Shown here piece after piece: positions 44,000 to 53,458 of a DNA stretch of 64,000 bases. The DNA is from Candidatus Woesearchaeota archaeon (GTDB taxonomy: Archaea > Nanobdellota > Nanobdellia > Pacearchaeales > GW2011-AR1). The stretch spans positions 8,640 to 72,639 of the forward strand of contig CAZHMB010000001.1 of the NCBI GenBank assembly GCA_964533515.1, in the 5' to 3' direction. A program made the translations under genes and the position numbers. The notes beneath the pieces are model-generated. The model had not been told where the DNA came from. It saw only the letters and a program-made list of their open reading frames with translations, and made no database searches. How positions within the stretch are numbered: position 1 is the stretch's first letter; every line of letters begins with the position of its first letter.

Positions 44000-46744
44000 A
44001 TGGAAGAAAGTTCAAATCAGATTTTTAATTTTATGAAATCGAAAAAAGGGCAATGGTTATTGGTTGGGATTTTACTTTTAGTTATACTTATCGCAAGTTC
44101 TGCTATAAGGTTACAAAATCTTCCCCTGTTAGTTGATCAGACAACCGGAGAAAATATTCCCCTTGCATTAGATCCTTTTTATTTTTTGAGAATCGCAGAA
44201 ACGCTTGATGCGAACAATGGTCAGCTTCCTGCTATTGATGAAATGAGATATCCTGCTGAATCTCCAACGTTTTTAAAAGAACTCCATCCTTATGCTGTTT
44301 ATTACATCTTCAAAGTAACCAAGATATTTAATCCAGAAATAACTCTCAGGTATATCAATGTTATATCCCCGGTGATATTTTTTGCCTTAGGAATAATTGT
44401 ATTTTTCTTTCTTATCTTAGTATTGACAAAATCTAAAATTACGGCATTGGTCTCCTCCCTACTCCTTTCGTTGATTCCGTCTTATCTCTATAGGACAACG
44501 GCGGGTTTCTCTGATCACGAAGCCTCTGGGATAATTGCTTTTTTTTTGGTTCTTTTGGTTCTCACATTGGGAATGAAATCTTTAGATAAACAAAAAAACG
44601 AGCAAAACTCAAAAAGGAAAATATATTGGAGTTCCTTTTGGGGAATTCTCTTAGGTTTTGTTACTGCTCTGACAATAGCGAGTTGGGGAGGAATTGCAAA
44701 TTATGCCTTCATGATTGTTCCTTTAGCCTTTCTGTTGTTTTGGGTTTTGAAGACTCGGGAAACTGAGCAAACTTCATTTTCCCAGCTTCTTAACTATATT
44801 CTGTTTTATGTCTTGTGGTTGGTCTCTGGAATTTTCCTCTCTTCTCTGTTTGGATTTTCTCCTATAGAAATATTAAATCGGGCTGTATTTGGAACTCAAG
44901 GCCTGCTCACCCTATTTGCGTTGGGTTTTGTTGTTGTTGATGCTTTCTTTATATACTTATTAAGCAAGAAAAGAAGCGTCTGTCCAGAGATAATTAAGAA
45001 GAATGAAAAATTCAGAGTGATCTTTGTTTTGGGAATTGTATTAATTCTCGGTTTGATTGGCTTGCAGATCTTAAAAGGAAGTTTGATAACAGCAATTCAA
45101 GACATCATTAACCTTCTATTGAGGCCTGCTGGAACTGGAAGGCTTTCTGCAACTGTTGCTGAAAATGCTGCCCCTTATTTAAATGATTGGATTTCGCAAG
45201 CGGGCAAATTCTTTTTCTGGGTCTCGTTGATAGGGATTGTCTTTATTGGGTTTAATCTATCTAAAGGGGTTGAGAGTAAAAAAAGTAAAATTCTATTTAA
45301 CTTGCTCTGGATTACACTTATCGTGGGGATATTATTCAGTAGGATCTCTGCTAGTTCTGCTTTGGATGGAGATAACTTTTTGAGCCATTTAGTTTACTTT
45401 GGCAGCATCCTTATCTTTCTTGCGGGGATAATGAAAATTTATTTTAGTTCTCGGATAAAGATTAGACCAGAACTTTTGGTTGTCTCTTCGTGGACCCTTC
45501 TTATGCTAATCTCTGGAAGATCAACAATCAGGGTTTTATTTATAATGACCCCGTTTTTTTGTTTTGCTGGTGCTTACACTTTAATAAACTTTTATTCTCT
45601 CTTTAAGAAGAATAAAGATGAACTGGTAAAAATCTTTTCGATTATTGGAATTATCGTAATTGCAATTATGCTTGTTATAAGCATCGGAAGATTTTATTCA
45701 ACATCGAGTGAACAGGCAAAATACACTGGACCTTCTGCGAATGCTCAATGGCAACAGGCAATGAAATGGGTGAGAGAAAATGCAGGGGAAGACTCTATAT
45801 TTTTACATTGGTGGGATTATGGTTATTGGGTACAAACTCTTGGGGAGAGAAAGACTGTGGCTGATGGGGGTCACACCGAGGGTGAATTTCAAGACCACCT
45901 TATTGGAAGATATGTCCTTACAACCCCCAATCCTAATTCTGCTTTAAGCTATATGAAATCGCACAAGGTTTCTCATTTATTAATTGATCAAACAGATTTA
46001 GGAAAATACGGGGCGTATTCTAGAATTGGCAGCGATGAAACCTTGGAAGATCGGGTAAGTGCTATTCCACTAATGTCCTTAGACCCTAAACAGACTCAAG
46101 AAACTTCAAACGAAACTATTAATGTTTATGTTGGAGCAATGACTGTTGATGAAGACATTATTTACACGCCGGATAATGGGACCCAGATATTTCTACCGGA
46201 CAATCGGGCACTTGTTGTGGGGGTTATAACCAGAACAAAACAAGATTCAGATTCCGGAACTTTGCTTCAGCCAGAAGCTGTTTATATTTATAATAATAAG
46301 CAGTATAGAATTCCTGTTAGATACATCTATTTTCAAGGACAGATAATGGACTTTGGTTCTGGTATCGAGGCTACTTTTATGATTGTCACTTCAGCCCAGC
46401 CCACTGGCCAGAGTGTTAGTATTAACCCTGTTGGAGTTGGAATCTACTTGTCTCCGATGGTCTCTAAATCTCTCTTTGCAAGATTATATTTAATGGACGA
46501 TCCTTTCGAACAATACTCTTCTTTAAAACTCGTCCATGAAGAAAATGACTTTGTCGTTGAAAGTCTGCAACAGCAAGGAGTTATTGAAAATGATCAGGAG
46601 TTTGTATATTACCAAGGTTTTAGGGGACCCATAAAAATATGGGATACGGCAGAGATTCCGGAGAATATTATTGCTTATGAAGAATTAACGGATAGATACT
46701 CTGAAGAATGGGCTAAATTTGACAACTGGGGGTTTATTGAGTAA
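44000..46744 (+). CDS. aglB: archaeal oligosaccharyltransferase AglB (STT3 homologue)
   Basis: 914 aa. 13-TM N-terminal domain. WWDYGYW catalytic motif at HWWDYGYWVQTL. Large C-terminal soluble domain. Confidence 0.85.
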   Translation: MEESSNQIFNFMKSKKGQWLLVGILLLVILIASSAIRLQNLPLLVDQTTGENIPLALDPFYFLRIAETLDANNGQLPAIDEMRYPAESPTFLKELHPYAVYYIFKVTKIFNPEITLRYINVISPVIFFALGIIVFFFLILVLTKSKITALVSSLLLSLIPSYLYRTTAGFSDHEASGIIAFFLVLLVLTLGMKSLDKQKNEQNSKRKIYWSSFWGILLGFVTALTIASWGGIANYAFMIVPLAFLLFWVLKTRETEQTSFSQLLNYILFYVLWLVSGIFLSSLFGFSPIEILNRAVFGTQGLLTLFALGFVVVDAFFIYLLSKKRSVCPEIIKKNEKFRVIFVLGIVLILGLIGLQILKGSLITAIQDIINLLLRPAGTGRLSATVAENAAPYLNDWISQAGKFFFWVSLIGIVFIGFNLSKGVESKKSKILFNLLWITLIVGILFSRISASSALDGDNFLSHLVYFGSILIFLAGIMKIYFSSRIKIRPELLVVSSWTLLMLISGRSTIRVLFIMTPFFCFAGAYTLINFYSLFKKNKDELVKIFSIIGIIVIAIMLVISIGRFYSTSSEQAKYTGPSANAQWQQAMKWVRENAGEDSIFLHWWDYGYWVQTLGERKTVADGGHTEGEFQDHLIGRYVLTTPNPNSALSYMKSHKVSHLLIDQTDLGKYGAYSRIGSDETLEDRVSAIPLMSLDPKQTQETSNETINVYVGAMTVDEDIIYTPDNGTQIFLPDNRALVVGVITRTKQDSDSGTLLQPEAVYIYNNKQYRIPVRYIYFQGQIMDFGSGIEATFMIVTSAQPTGQSVSINPVGVGIYLSPMVSKSLFARLYLMDDPFEQYSSLKLVHEENDFVVESLQQQGVIENDQEFVYYQGFRGPIKIWDTAEIPENIIAYEELTDRYSEEWAKFDNWGFIE

Positions 46745-47088
46745 TGGAAACCTCGATATACATAATTCTAATTGTCTTAATATGCGCGCTTCTTGGTGCG
46801 ACGGGGCAAATTATGTTTAAGCTCTCGGCAGACAAATTTTCGTTTAATCCGCTGACCTGGCTCAAAAACTGGCATTTTCTTGTAGGGGTTTTACTTTATG
46901 GTTCCTCAGCAATTTTATTTGTTTGGAGTTTGAAACACGGAGATCTATCAATATTATATCCTATAATAGCAACAAGTTATATCTGGGTTGTTTTGCTTGC
47001 CACATTTATATTAAAAGAGGATTTTCCAATAGTTAAGTGGCTTGGAGTTATTCTTATTCTATTGGGAATTGTGGTGATAACGAAATAA
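46744..47088 (+). CDS. SMR/EamA-like 4-TM small membrane protein (ArnE/ArnF-like flippase subunit candidate)
   Basis: 114 aa with four TM helices. ATGA overlap with the aglB stop. Confidence 0.5.
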   Translation: METSIYIILIVLICALLGATGQIMFKLSADKFSFNPLTWLKNWHFLVGVLLYGSSAILFVWSLKHGDLSILYPIIATSYIWVVLLATFILKEDFPIVKWLGVILILLGIVVITK

Positions 47089-47798
47089 TGCAAAAGGAAA
47101 AATTATCTCTTATAATCCCTGTGTATAACGAAGAAGAGAGTCTTAGGAATCTTATAAAAAAAGTTTTGGAAGTTAAGCTTCCCTTAGAAAGAGAGATTAT
47201 TATCGTCGACGATTGTTCGAAAGACGATAGTTATAAAATTGCTTTGGAACTTTCGGAGAAAAATAAAAGAATTAAATTAATAAAACATGGAAAAAATATT
47301 GGGAAAGGCGGGGCAATAAGAACCGGTTTGAAAAATGTCGGGGGAACAATAATTGGAATTCAGGACGCCGATTTAGAATACAATCCGAAGGAGTATTCAA
47401 AACTTATAAAGCCGATTTTGGAAAATAAAACAAAAATCGTTTATGGATCTAGATTTCTAGGAAAGAAAGGGTCACAAGGTTCCTTTATATTTTATATGGG
47501 AAATAGAGCTCTTTCTTGGACTACTGGCTTGTTGTATGGGCAAAAAATAACAGATATGGAAACCTGCTACAAATTTTATAGGAGAGAACTCTTGAAAAAA
47601 ATAAAGTTAAAATCCGATGGTTTTGATATCGAGCCGGAGATAACCGCGAAATTTTTAAAGTGTGGATATAAAATATTGGAAGTTCCAATAACTTATCTGC
47701 CCCGTACGAAAAAAGATGGCAAAAAGATTAAGGTAAAGGATGGTTTTGTTGCACTTTGGGTTTTATTGAAACAGAAGTTTGAGAGAATTAATTATTAA
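47088..47798 (+). CDS. GT2 polyprenyl-phosphate glycosyltransferase (DPM1/ArnC/AglD-like)
   Basis: Start moved to MQKEKLSLIIPVYNEE (TAATG overlap). IIVDDCSKDDS, GKGGAIRTG and IQDADLEY are GT2 DxD and acceptor motifs. Confidence 0.7.
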   Translation: MQKEKLSLIIPVYNEEESLRNLIKKVLEVKLPLEREIIIVDDCSKDDSYKIALELSEKNKRIKLIKHGKNIGKGGAIRTGLKNVGGTIIGIQDADLEYNPKEYSKLIKPILENKTKIVYGSRFLGKKGSQGSFIFYMGNRALSWTTGLLYGQKITDMETCYKFYRRELLKKIKLKSDGFDIEPEITAKFLKCGYKILEVPITYLPRTKKDGKKIKVKDGFVALWVLLKQKFERINY

Positions 47799-49320
47799 GA
47801 TATTGTGCAGTAATATCTTTTACTCCAAAAATAAGTGCGGTGGAATTTTCATAATCTTCACTTCCTAGCCCAAATTTTGGACTTTGCTCCTTATTAATTA
47901 GATTTACTAAAATAGTTATCCCTATTGGTCTTCCTTGAGGGGTTCTTGAATTGATAATAATTTTTCCGGATTCCCCCTGCATATATGGGCCGGTTAACCA
48001 GGGGTGCAAATTGTCGGCAAAGATAAAAATATTTTCCTTGGAGAGGGATTCTTGCAAAAGCCAATTTACCCCTTCACTATAATACATAAGATCTTTATTG
48101 TTTGAATAAAGAGAATATACTGCAACGTCAGGAACTACGTAAATGGAACCTTTAGGTAGATTTACATCGGCCCATGATACGGCATCTCTTACAGAATCAT
48201 ATCTGCTTATTGTCTTAATTGTTGTTTCTTGATTAATAATTCCGGAGAAAAGTATAACCATCTGAATAACTAGGATAACCAAAAGGATGATTACTATTAA
48301 TTTATTTTTTGTTTTTGTTTTTCTAGTAAATCTTTCAGTGAAGAAGACAATGCCAAAAGAACAGAAAAGAGAGATTACTGGAAGGATGCTTGCATAAAAC
48401 CTGAAGATTCCACCCCCCCACCAAATAGAATGAATAATAAAATAAACAAAAAGCCAGACTAGAAACATTTTTGCAAGATTATTTTTTGACTTTATCAGAG
48501 ATAAAATCCCCATTAAAGAGAATGTGGAAAATAGGGGGCCCAAATAAAAGAAAAGTTTTGAAAAAGAGACTAACCCCTTGAAAAAGCCAACATTAAATTG
48601 ATTTGAATAAGAAGTATAAAATGGATTATGGAAGGCCATAAAGTTTCTAATCAACCAAGGACTCACAACTAAAATCCCAAGAAAGATTCCAATCAGAAAT
48701 TTATCTGAGAGGATAATCTCTTTTGTTCTCTTAAAATTTCTTAACAAAAGATATAACATTGGAAGTATCAGGAATGCCCCCGGATAACGAATTAAAATGC
48801 AATACGCCAAGGTGGGAAATGCTAGAAGGAAATATTTGGTGTTTTCAAATCCTTTTGCAAAGAGAAATAGGCCCAATAACGAAAAGAACATGAAGGGCAT
48901 CTCAGTCATGACTGATACTGAATTGAATAAAAAAAGATTGTGGGCCGCGAGTAAAAAGGCTGCAATTAATCCCACTTCCTTAGAGAAAGATTTTCCTACG
49001 TTGTAAGTCAAAACAATTGTAAGAAGCGCCAAGATTCCCATTAAGATTAATCCTGCAAGTTGAACATTCCCTAGCAACAGGTAAAAAGGCAGAATCAAAA
49101 CCGGTAACCCTGGGGGGTATTGGGAATGGGGATAAACTCCTTCAAGAGTATAGCCATTTCCGTCCGCAAGATTTTTTGCTAAAGACATTTGCCAATGGGA
49201 ATCTTGTGCCCATTGAGTTCCTGTTTGAGAGGCTAAATAAACCCAAACCAAGAGAAAAATAATGCAGATCCCTAACAAGAGTAAGTTCTCTCGAGATTTA
49301 TACTTTGAAAAATTAAACAT
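47788..49320 (-). CDS. GT-C fold glycosyltransferase, PMT/ArnT-like (PMT_2 family)
   Basis: 510 aa with about 12 TM helices. N-terminal loop WQMSLAKNLADGNGYTLEGVYPHSQYPPGLPVLI resembles the ArnT/PMT first periplasmic loop. Confidence 0.45.
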   Translation of the reverse strand: MFNFSKYKSRENLLLLGICIIFLLVWVYLASQTGTQWAQDSHWQMSLAKNLADGNGYTLEGVYPHSQYPPGLPVLILPFYLLLGNVQLAGLILMGILALLTIVLTYNVGKSFSKEVGLIAAFLLAAHNLFLFNSVSVMTEMPFMFFSLLGLFLFAKGFENTKYFLLAFPTLAYCILIRYPGAFLILPMLYLLLRNFKRTKEIILSDKFLIGIFLGILVVSPWLIRNFMAFHNPFYTSYSNQFNVGFFKGLVSFSKLFFYLGPLFSTFSLMGILSLIKSKNNLAKMFLVWLFVYFIIHSIWWGGGIFRFYASILPVISLFCSFGIVFFTERFTRKTKTKNKLIVIILLVILVIQMVILFSGIINQETTIKTISRYDSVRDAVSWADVNLPKGSIYVVPDVAVYSLYSNNKDLMYYSEGVNWLLQESLSKENIFIFADNLHPWLTGPYMQGESGKIIINSRTPQGRPIGITILVNLINKEQSPKFGLGSEDYENSTALIFGVKDITAQYLNN

Positions 49321-49376
49321 AAATGTAATAGATTCAAAACATATATAAAGTTTATTGTAAAAGATAAATTATCAAA

Positions 49377-49889
49377 ATGGGACTAAAATTAAACCTTGGA
49401 GGTGGGCCAAACAAATTAAAGGGGTACGTCAATTGTGATTGGTGCAAAGATATTGGAGTAGATAAAGTCTTTGACATGAATAAAATGCCTTGGGCATTCG
49501 ATGATAACTCAGTTAGTGAGATTGTGATGTGCCATGTTTTGGAACATTTTCATGAGCCAATAAAAATACTAAAAGAAATTTATAGAATTTGTGAGAATGG
49601 AGCGATTATTAAAATAAATGTCCCTTATTTTTCACACGAAAGTGCCTATTCCATGCTGGATCATTACCACCAATTTACTTGGACGAGTTTTGATGCTTTG
49701 GATCCTAAACACCCTTGCCATTGGCAATCTATCGGAAAATTTAAAACAATAAAGAAAAAATTGTTGTGGAGAAAACAGATGAAATTTTGTGAGCTAATTT
49801 TTAATAGAATGCCTCGAATTTATCAAGAAGTTTTCTGCTGGATTTTCCCTGCAAAAGATCTATACATTGAACTTGGAGTGGTGAAATGA
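49377..49889 (+). CDS. class I SAM-dependent methyltransferase (small, paralog set A)
   Basis: 170 aa. Motif I LNLGGGPN..GYVNCD, post-I acidic residue, VLEHF. Confidence 0.6.
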   Translation: MGLKLNLGGGPNKLKGYVNCDWCKDIGVDKVFDMNKMPWAFDDNSVSEIVMCHVLEHFHEPIKILKEIYRICENGAIIKINVPYFSHESAYSMLDHYHQFTWTSFDALDPKHPCHWQSIGKFKTIKKKLLWRKQMKFCELIFNRMPRIYQEVFCWIFPAKDLYIELGVVK

Positions 49890-49943
49890 AGGCTATGAAG
49901 ATTCATCCGCAAAAGGTAAAAGGAATTATTCATAGTGAATTTT

Positions 49944-50087
49944 TTATTTAAAGATAATCCAGTCGGTTCCATATCCCCATACTACCTTTTTACCTATAGA
50001 TTCACCAAATTGATTTACGGCATTGATAACATCTCTAAAAAATTCTACATAATCATGCCCAGAGATAATGCCACCTTTTTTAATGTT
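49944..50087 (-). pseudogene. C-terminal remnant of a class I methyltransferase (…KGGIISGHDYVEFF…), no start codon
   Basis: Minus-strand frame gives NIKKGGIISGHDYVEFFRDVINAVNQFGESIGKKVVWGYGTDWIIFK*, directly preceded by an in-frame stop. The GG-I-I-x-x-D-Y segment is the typical C-terminal beta-strand of TylF/class-I methyltransferases. Confidence 0.4.
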
Positions 50088-51183
50088 TCAAATAGGTCTT
50101 TGTGAAGAATCGTCCAAAGATGTTTACAAAAGACCTCTTGATAATCTTTAGTGTCCTTATTCTTACCAATCTCTCCATTGTCCTCGTTTTTATATCCTTT
50201 ACAGAATACCTTTTCCTGCACAATTCACAAGAATCGCATAGTCCCTTTATTCCTCCGCTCTCTATACTTTTTAATGCCCTCTCATGATTCTCTTTGAACA
50301 AGGAAGCGTAATCATCTTTAAGAAGATTACCCAAAATGCCTTTCAATCCGTAATCCATACAACACACAGTCACATCTCCAGATGGTAGCAATATATTTCG
50401 TTGAAGAAGTGGACTATCTGCACAATAATATTCTCCACTTCTTTTCTCAAACTCGGTGAACTCTTTTACATTTGACCTATTTTCTATTATGCCTTTTACC
50501 ACTTTTACTTTACATCTTTTTAGAATATTTATAATATCCTTGTGTATGGTGTCAAAATAAACTAGACTAAACTTATCCTTATCTACCCTATTTGTGGGCT
50601 GATTCTTTAGAATAAACTCTAATAACTCTAGATAATCATTGTCTACATTAATCCTTGTTTTATCCTCATTGTCTGGGATATGAATAGTAAAAAAGAAGAA
50701 TGGCAAGTCTTTTAGACGAAGATAGTCTTTCTTCGTTAATCCCACTAGTGTTGTATATATAGATACATTGTCATGTCCTTCAGAAAAAGTATGTAATATC
50801 ATTTCTGTGCAATCCGGATTTAAGAATGGTTCCGCCATTCCTGCGAAGTTGATTGTAATATCTTTGGGTATTTTGGATAGACATGTTTTAAAATTATCTA
50901 AAGTAAGAACCATTTCATTTGATCTTTTTAAATAATTATTAATAAGTAATTTTTGTGGACAATAGGAACAATTATTTCTACATCCAATTCTTGTTGTAAT
51001 GTCCATTCCTTTTTTACTATCTGGTTTTGCTTTCGTCTTCTTGGCTGTCTCGCTTTGCAAGCCACCGGTTCCACCCCGACGATTTTCGTGTTTATGAGAA
51101 CTATCCCCACTTATTACACTACCCCTTTTCGCACCAAAGCCCTCTAGCCCTCCAGCTTGCAACACTTCTTCGTTTCCTTCCAT
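50080..51183 (-). CDS. radical SAM protein with C-terminal SPASM/twitch-like Cys cluster
   Basis: CX3CX2C at GCRNNCSYCP. C-terminal CCMDYG...CDSCELC. The first 60 aa, up to MDITTRIG, form a GC-rich Gly/Arg-rich extension. The true start may be Met60, near 51006. Confidence 0.65.
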   Translation of the reverse strand: MEGNEEVLQAGGLEGFGAKRGSVISGDSSHKHENRRGGTGGLQSETAKKTKAKPDSKKGMDITTRIGCRNNCSYCPQKLLINNYLKRSNEMVLTLDNFKTCLSKIPKDITINFAGMAEPFLNPDCTEMILHTFSEGHDNVSIYTTLVGLTKKDYLRLKDLPFFFFTIHIPDNEDKTRINVDNDYLELLEFILKNQPTNRVDKDKFSLVYFDTIHKDIINILKRCKVKVVKGIIENRSNVKEFTEFEKRSGEYYCADSPLLQRNILLPSGDVTVCCMDYGLKGILGNLLKDDYASLFKENHERALKSIESGGIKGLCDSCELCRKRYSVKDIKTRTMERLVRIRTLKIIKRSFVNIFGRFFTKTYLKH

Positions 51184-51306
51184 AAAATAATTGTCTAAAT
51201 AAACTTTATAAATCTAACTTTTTCATCTATTCTCCTGTAGCCCCTTTTTGACATTTCATAATTTTAAAAAGGTAATGGGATGCAACTATTTTTCAGTTTT
51301 AATTAA

Positions 51307-52248
51307 TTACCAGGCAGAGTAGAAAGATTGCCGGATACCAGATTCAAATTTTCCACTGGCCGACCCATGTTCAAAAAAAGGGGGGTGCGCATGCCTGCAA
51401 TCAGTGGTGATATTTTCAGCTAATTGCATAATAAACAACTTGTTAAGAAGCCAGTCAGAACCAAGATATCTCAGAGATGGATTTTTTGTTAAGAAGTGAT
51501 TAAATATCATCAACTGTTTTTTATTCAGAAGATAGCAACAAGTGGTATTAGTGGCCGGTCTTGAGTAATGTCTGAATTCAGCAGACCTTCGAGTCTCTAA
51601 CTCGCCAAGCCCCAAAGAGTCTAAGTCAAAGCCCCCACCTAAATCCATATACAAAGGACTTTTTGTGGTGTTCTTAAGTTGTAACAATAGATTATGCAAT
51701 TTTATAACAGAGTCCTTTTTGAAGATAGCGTCATCTTCAAAAACCAACAGGTAGTCAGTATTTCCATATAAAGAATTATCTATGGCACTCAGATGTTTAT
51801 TCGATAGTATCATTTCTATTGCACAAGATTTTAACCACCCACGTAAACGTCTAGGATGAGAATATTTGATAATTGATTTAATAACAAACTTCGCGAAATG
51901 AAAGGGCAAAAAGGGATTTCTAACCTTTCTATATCTCGCCCATTCTCTGTCTAGTTTCCAGTACATAATGTCTCTAAAGATGCCCATCTTTAAACTCACC
52001 GGCCTTATTTTGGGTTGGTATCCGATTTCATCTATTGTTGTTTCTATATTAGGAGTAAGTTTTTTGGAAAGAGAGGCTATGTTGGGCCTTATTTTATTCA
52101 GCCGGGCCTTATCATTATTATGGATTAGTGCAATCGTCAGTTTTATTTTTCTAAAAGACTCCCGGTCATTATTCAGATGGCCCATACAAATCAGGCAATT
52201 TACCCCTTTATATATTTTAGGGTCAATCACCTTTACTGTACAATCCAC
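51307..52248 (-). CDS. putative GT-A-like glycosyltransferase / hypothetical
   Basis: 313 aa. DxD-like LLVFEDDAIF. Sits inside the glycan cluster. Confidence 0.35.
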   Translation of the reverse strand: MDCTVKVIDPKIYKGVNCLICMGHLNNDRESFRKIKLTIALIHNNDKARLNKIRPNIASLSKKLTPNIETTIDEIGYQPKIRPVSLKMGIFRDIMYWKLDREWARYRKVRNPFLPFHFAKFVIKSIIKYSHPRRLRGWLKSCAIEMILSNKHLSAIDNSLYGNTDYLLVFEDDAIFKKDSVIKLHNLLLQLKNTTKSPLYMDLGGGFDLDSLGLGELETRRSAEFRHYSRPATNTTCCYLLNKKQLMIFNHFLTKNPSLRYLGSDWLLNKLFIMQLAENITTDCRHAHPPFFEHGSASGKFESGIRQSFYSAW

Positions 52249-52313
52249 GGGCAGATGTCCCTTGCCTCTACAGTAAAAAAAAGATTTATAAATATGTTTA
52301 AATTTGAGAGTCT

Positions 52314-53369
52314 ATGAAAATCAGAGAAGTATTTAATTCAGATAAACTTCTTGCAATAGCCCCCTTTGTTGCAAAATATACATCTAAATATGGAACAATA
52401 TTATATGATCTAAAAAGTTTAATACATTCCCATATCCTAAAAACAAAGATTACTAAAGAACCAAATATGAAAGATGTTATTAAAAATGGGCTCCTAATAG
52501 GAACGACAACAATATGTAATGGTAATTGTACCTTTTGCCCATATAGATATTTTGAAGATAAGAAAGAGTCTATGGATTTTAATACATTTAAAAAAATAAT
52601 TGATGATTACTATTCATGTGGAGGGAGAAAAGTAGAATTAACTCCAACCCAGGGAGAGCCATTGCTTGATAGGGGATTTTTCGAAAAAATAAAATACCTA
52701 AACAAAAAAGGTATTTCTTGTACATTTTGCACAAACGGCATCTTGTTAGAAAGAAACATAGAAAAACTTATAAAATTAAAAGTGAAAGATATAGCGATAG
52801 ATATTGGGGACATAATACCCGAAAATGACTCTAAGGTTTTTCAAATACCAATAGAATTGTCTAAAAAGAAAATTAATTCAATTCTAAAGTTACTAGAGAG
52901 AGCAAAAGAAACTGGGTGGGATGCTAGAATTTCCATCTTTTTTAGACCACTAAGAAGCCCATCAAAAGTTTTTAAAGATTTAAAGAAGTCTAAATTTTGG
53001 AAGTATTATAAAGAAGGATTATTATATTTTCAATTTTTGCAAGTATACGATAACTGGGGTGGAAGTATTACAAAAAAAGATTTGATAGGAAATCAGGAGC
53101 TTAAAAGACCAACAGGTATAAGAAAATTTCCCTGTGCTAATTTCTATAAATTGGCTTTTCTTCCCAATGGCGACGCTAGGGTCTGTGGATGTCGTTGTGA
53201 TAAAACACTTAAAGATGATTTGGTTGTTGGAAACATAAATGAAATAAGTCTAAAGGATATTATAAAATCAAAGAGATGGAAAGACATTATCAAAAACAGT
53301 AAAGGGGGGGAACTTCCAAGCGTATGCAAAAAGTGTAGCTTTTTTGAACCAATATTTAAAAATGATTAA
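52314..53369 (+). CDS. radical SAM protein with SPASM/twitch-like C-terminal Cys cluster (paralog of 50080..51183)
   Basis: 351 aa. CX3CX2C at CNGNCTFCPY. C-terminal CGCRCD...CKKCSFF. Confidence 0.65.
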   Translation: MKIREVFNSDKLLAIAPFVAKYTSKYGTILYDLKSLIHSHILKTKITKEPNMKDVIKNGLLIGTTTICNGNCTFCPYRYFEDKKESMDFNTFKKIIDDYYSCGGRKVELTPTQGEPLLDRGFFEKIKYLNKKGISCTFCTNGILLERNIEKLIKLKVKDIAIDIGDIIPENDSKVFQIPIELSKKKINSILKLLERAKETGWDARISIFFRPLRSPSKVFKDLKKSKFWKYYKEGLLYFQFLQVYDNWGGSITKKDLIGNQELKRPTGIRKFPCANFYKLAFLPNGDARVCGCRCDKTLKDDLVVGNINEISLKDIIKSKRWKDIIKNSKGGELPSVCKKCSFFEPIFKND

Positions 53370-53458
53370 ATTGTCAAAACGTTTAGAAAAAAATAGAACT
53401 AATAATAAAAAATGGGGAAAATCAGAGTTTCTCTGATTAGGAATAAAAAGGAAATTAC

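Noticed and set aside
49887-49952. 21-codon ORF (MKAMKIHPQKVKGIIHSEFFI*) overlapping the methyltransferase stop, considered as a radical-SAM precursor peptide (RiPP-like).
   Set aside because: No Cys/Ser/Thr-rich core, no leader-like features. The radical-SAM genes are oriented away or convergent. The glycan context argues against a RiPP system.
50953-51147. Plus-strand 64-aa ORF inside the GC-rich 5' region of the radical-SAM gene.
   Set aside because: Hydrophobic nonsense-like translation. More likely antisense to the radical-SAM N-terminal extension than a gene. The region is noted instead as a compositional anomaly.
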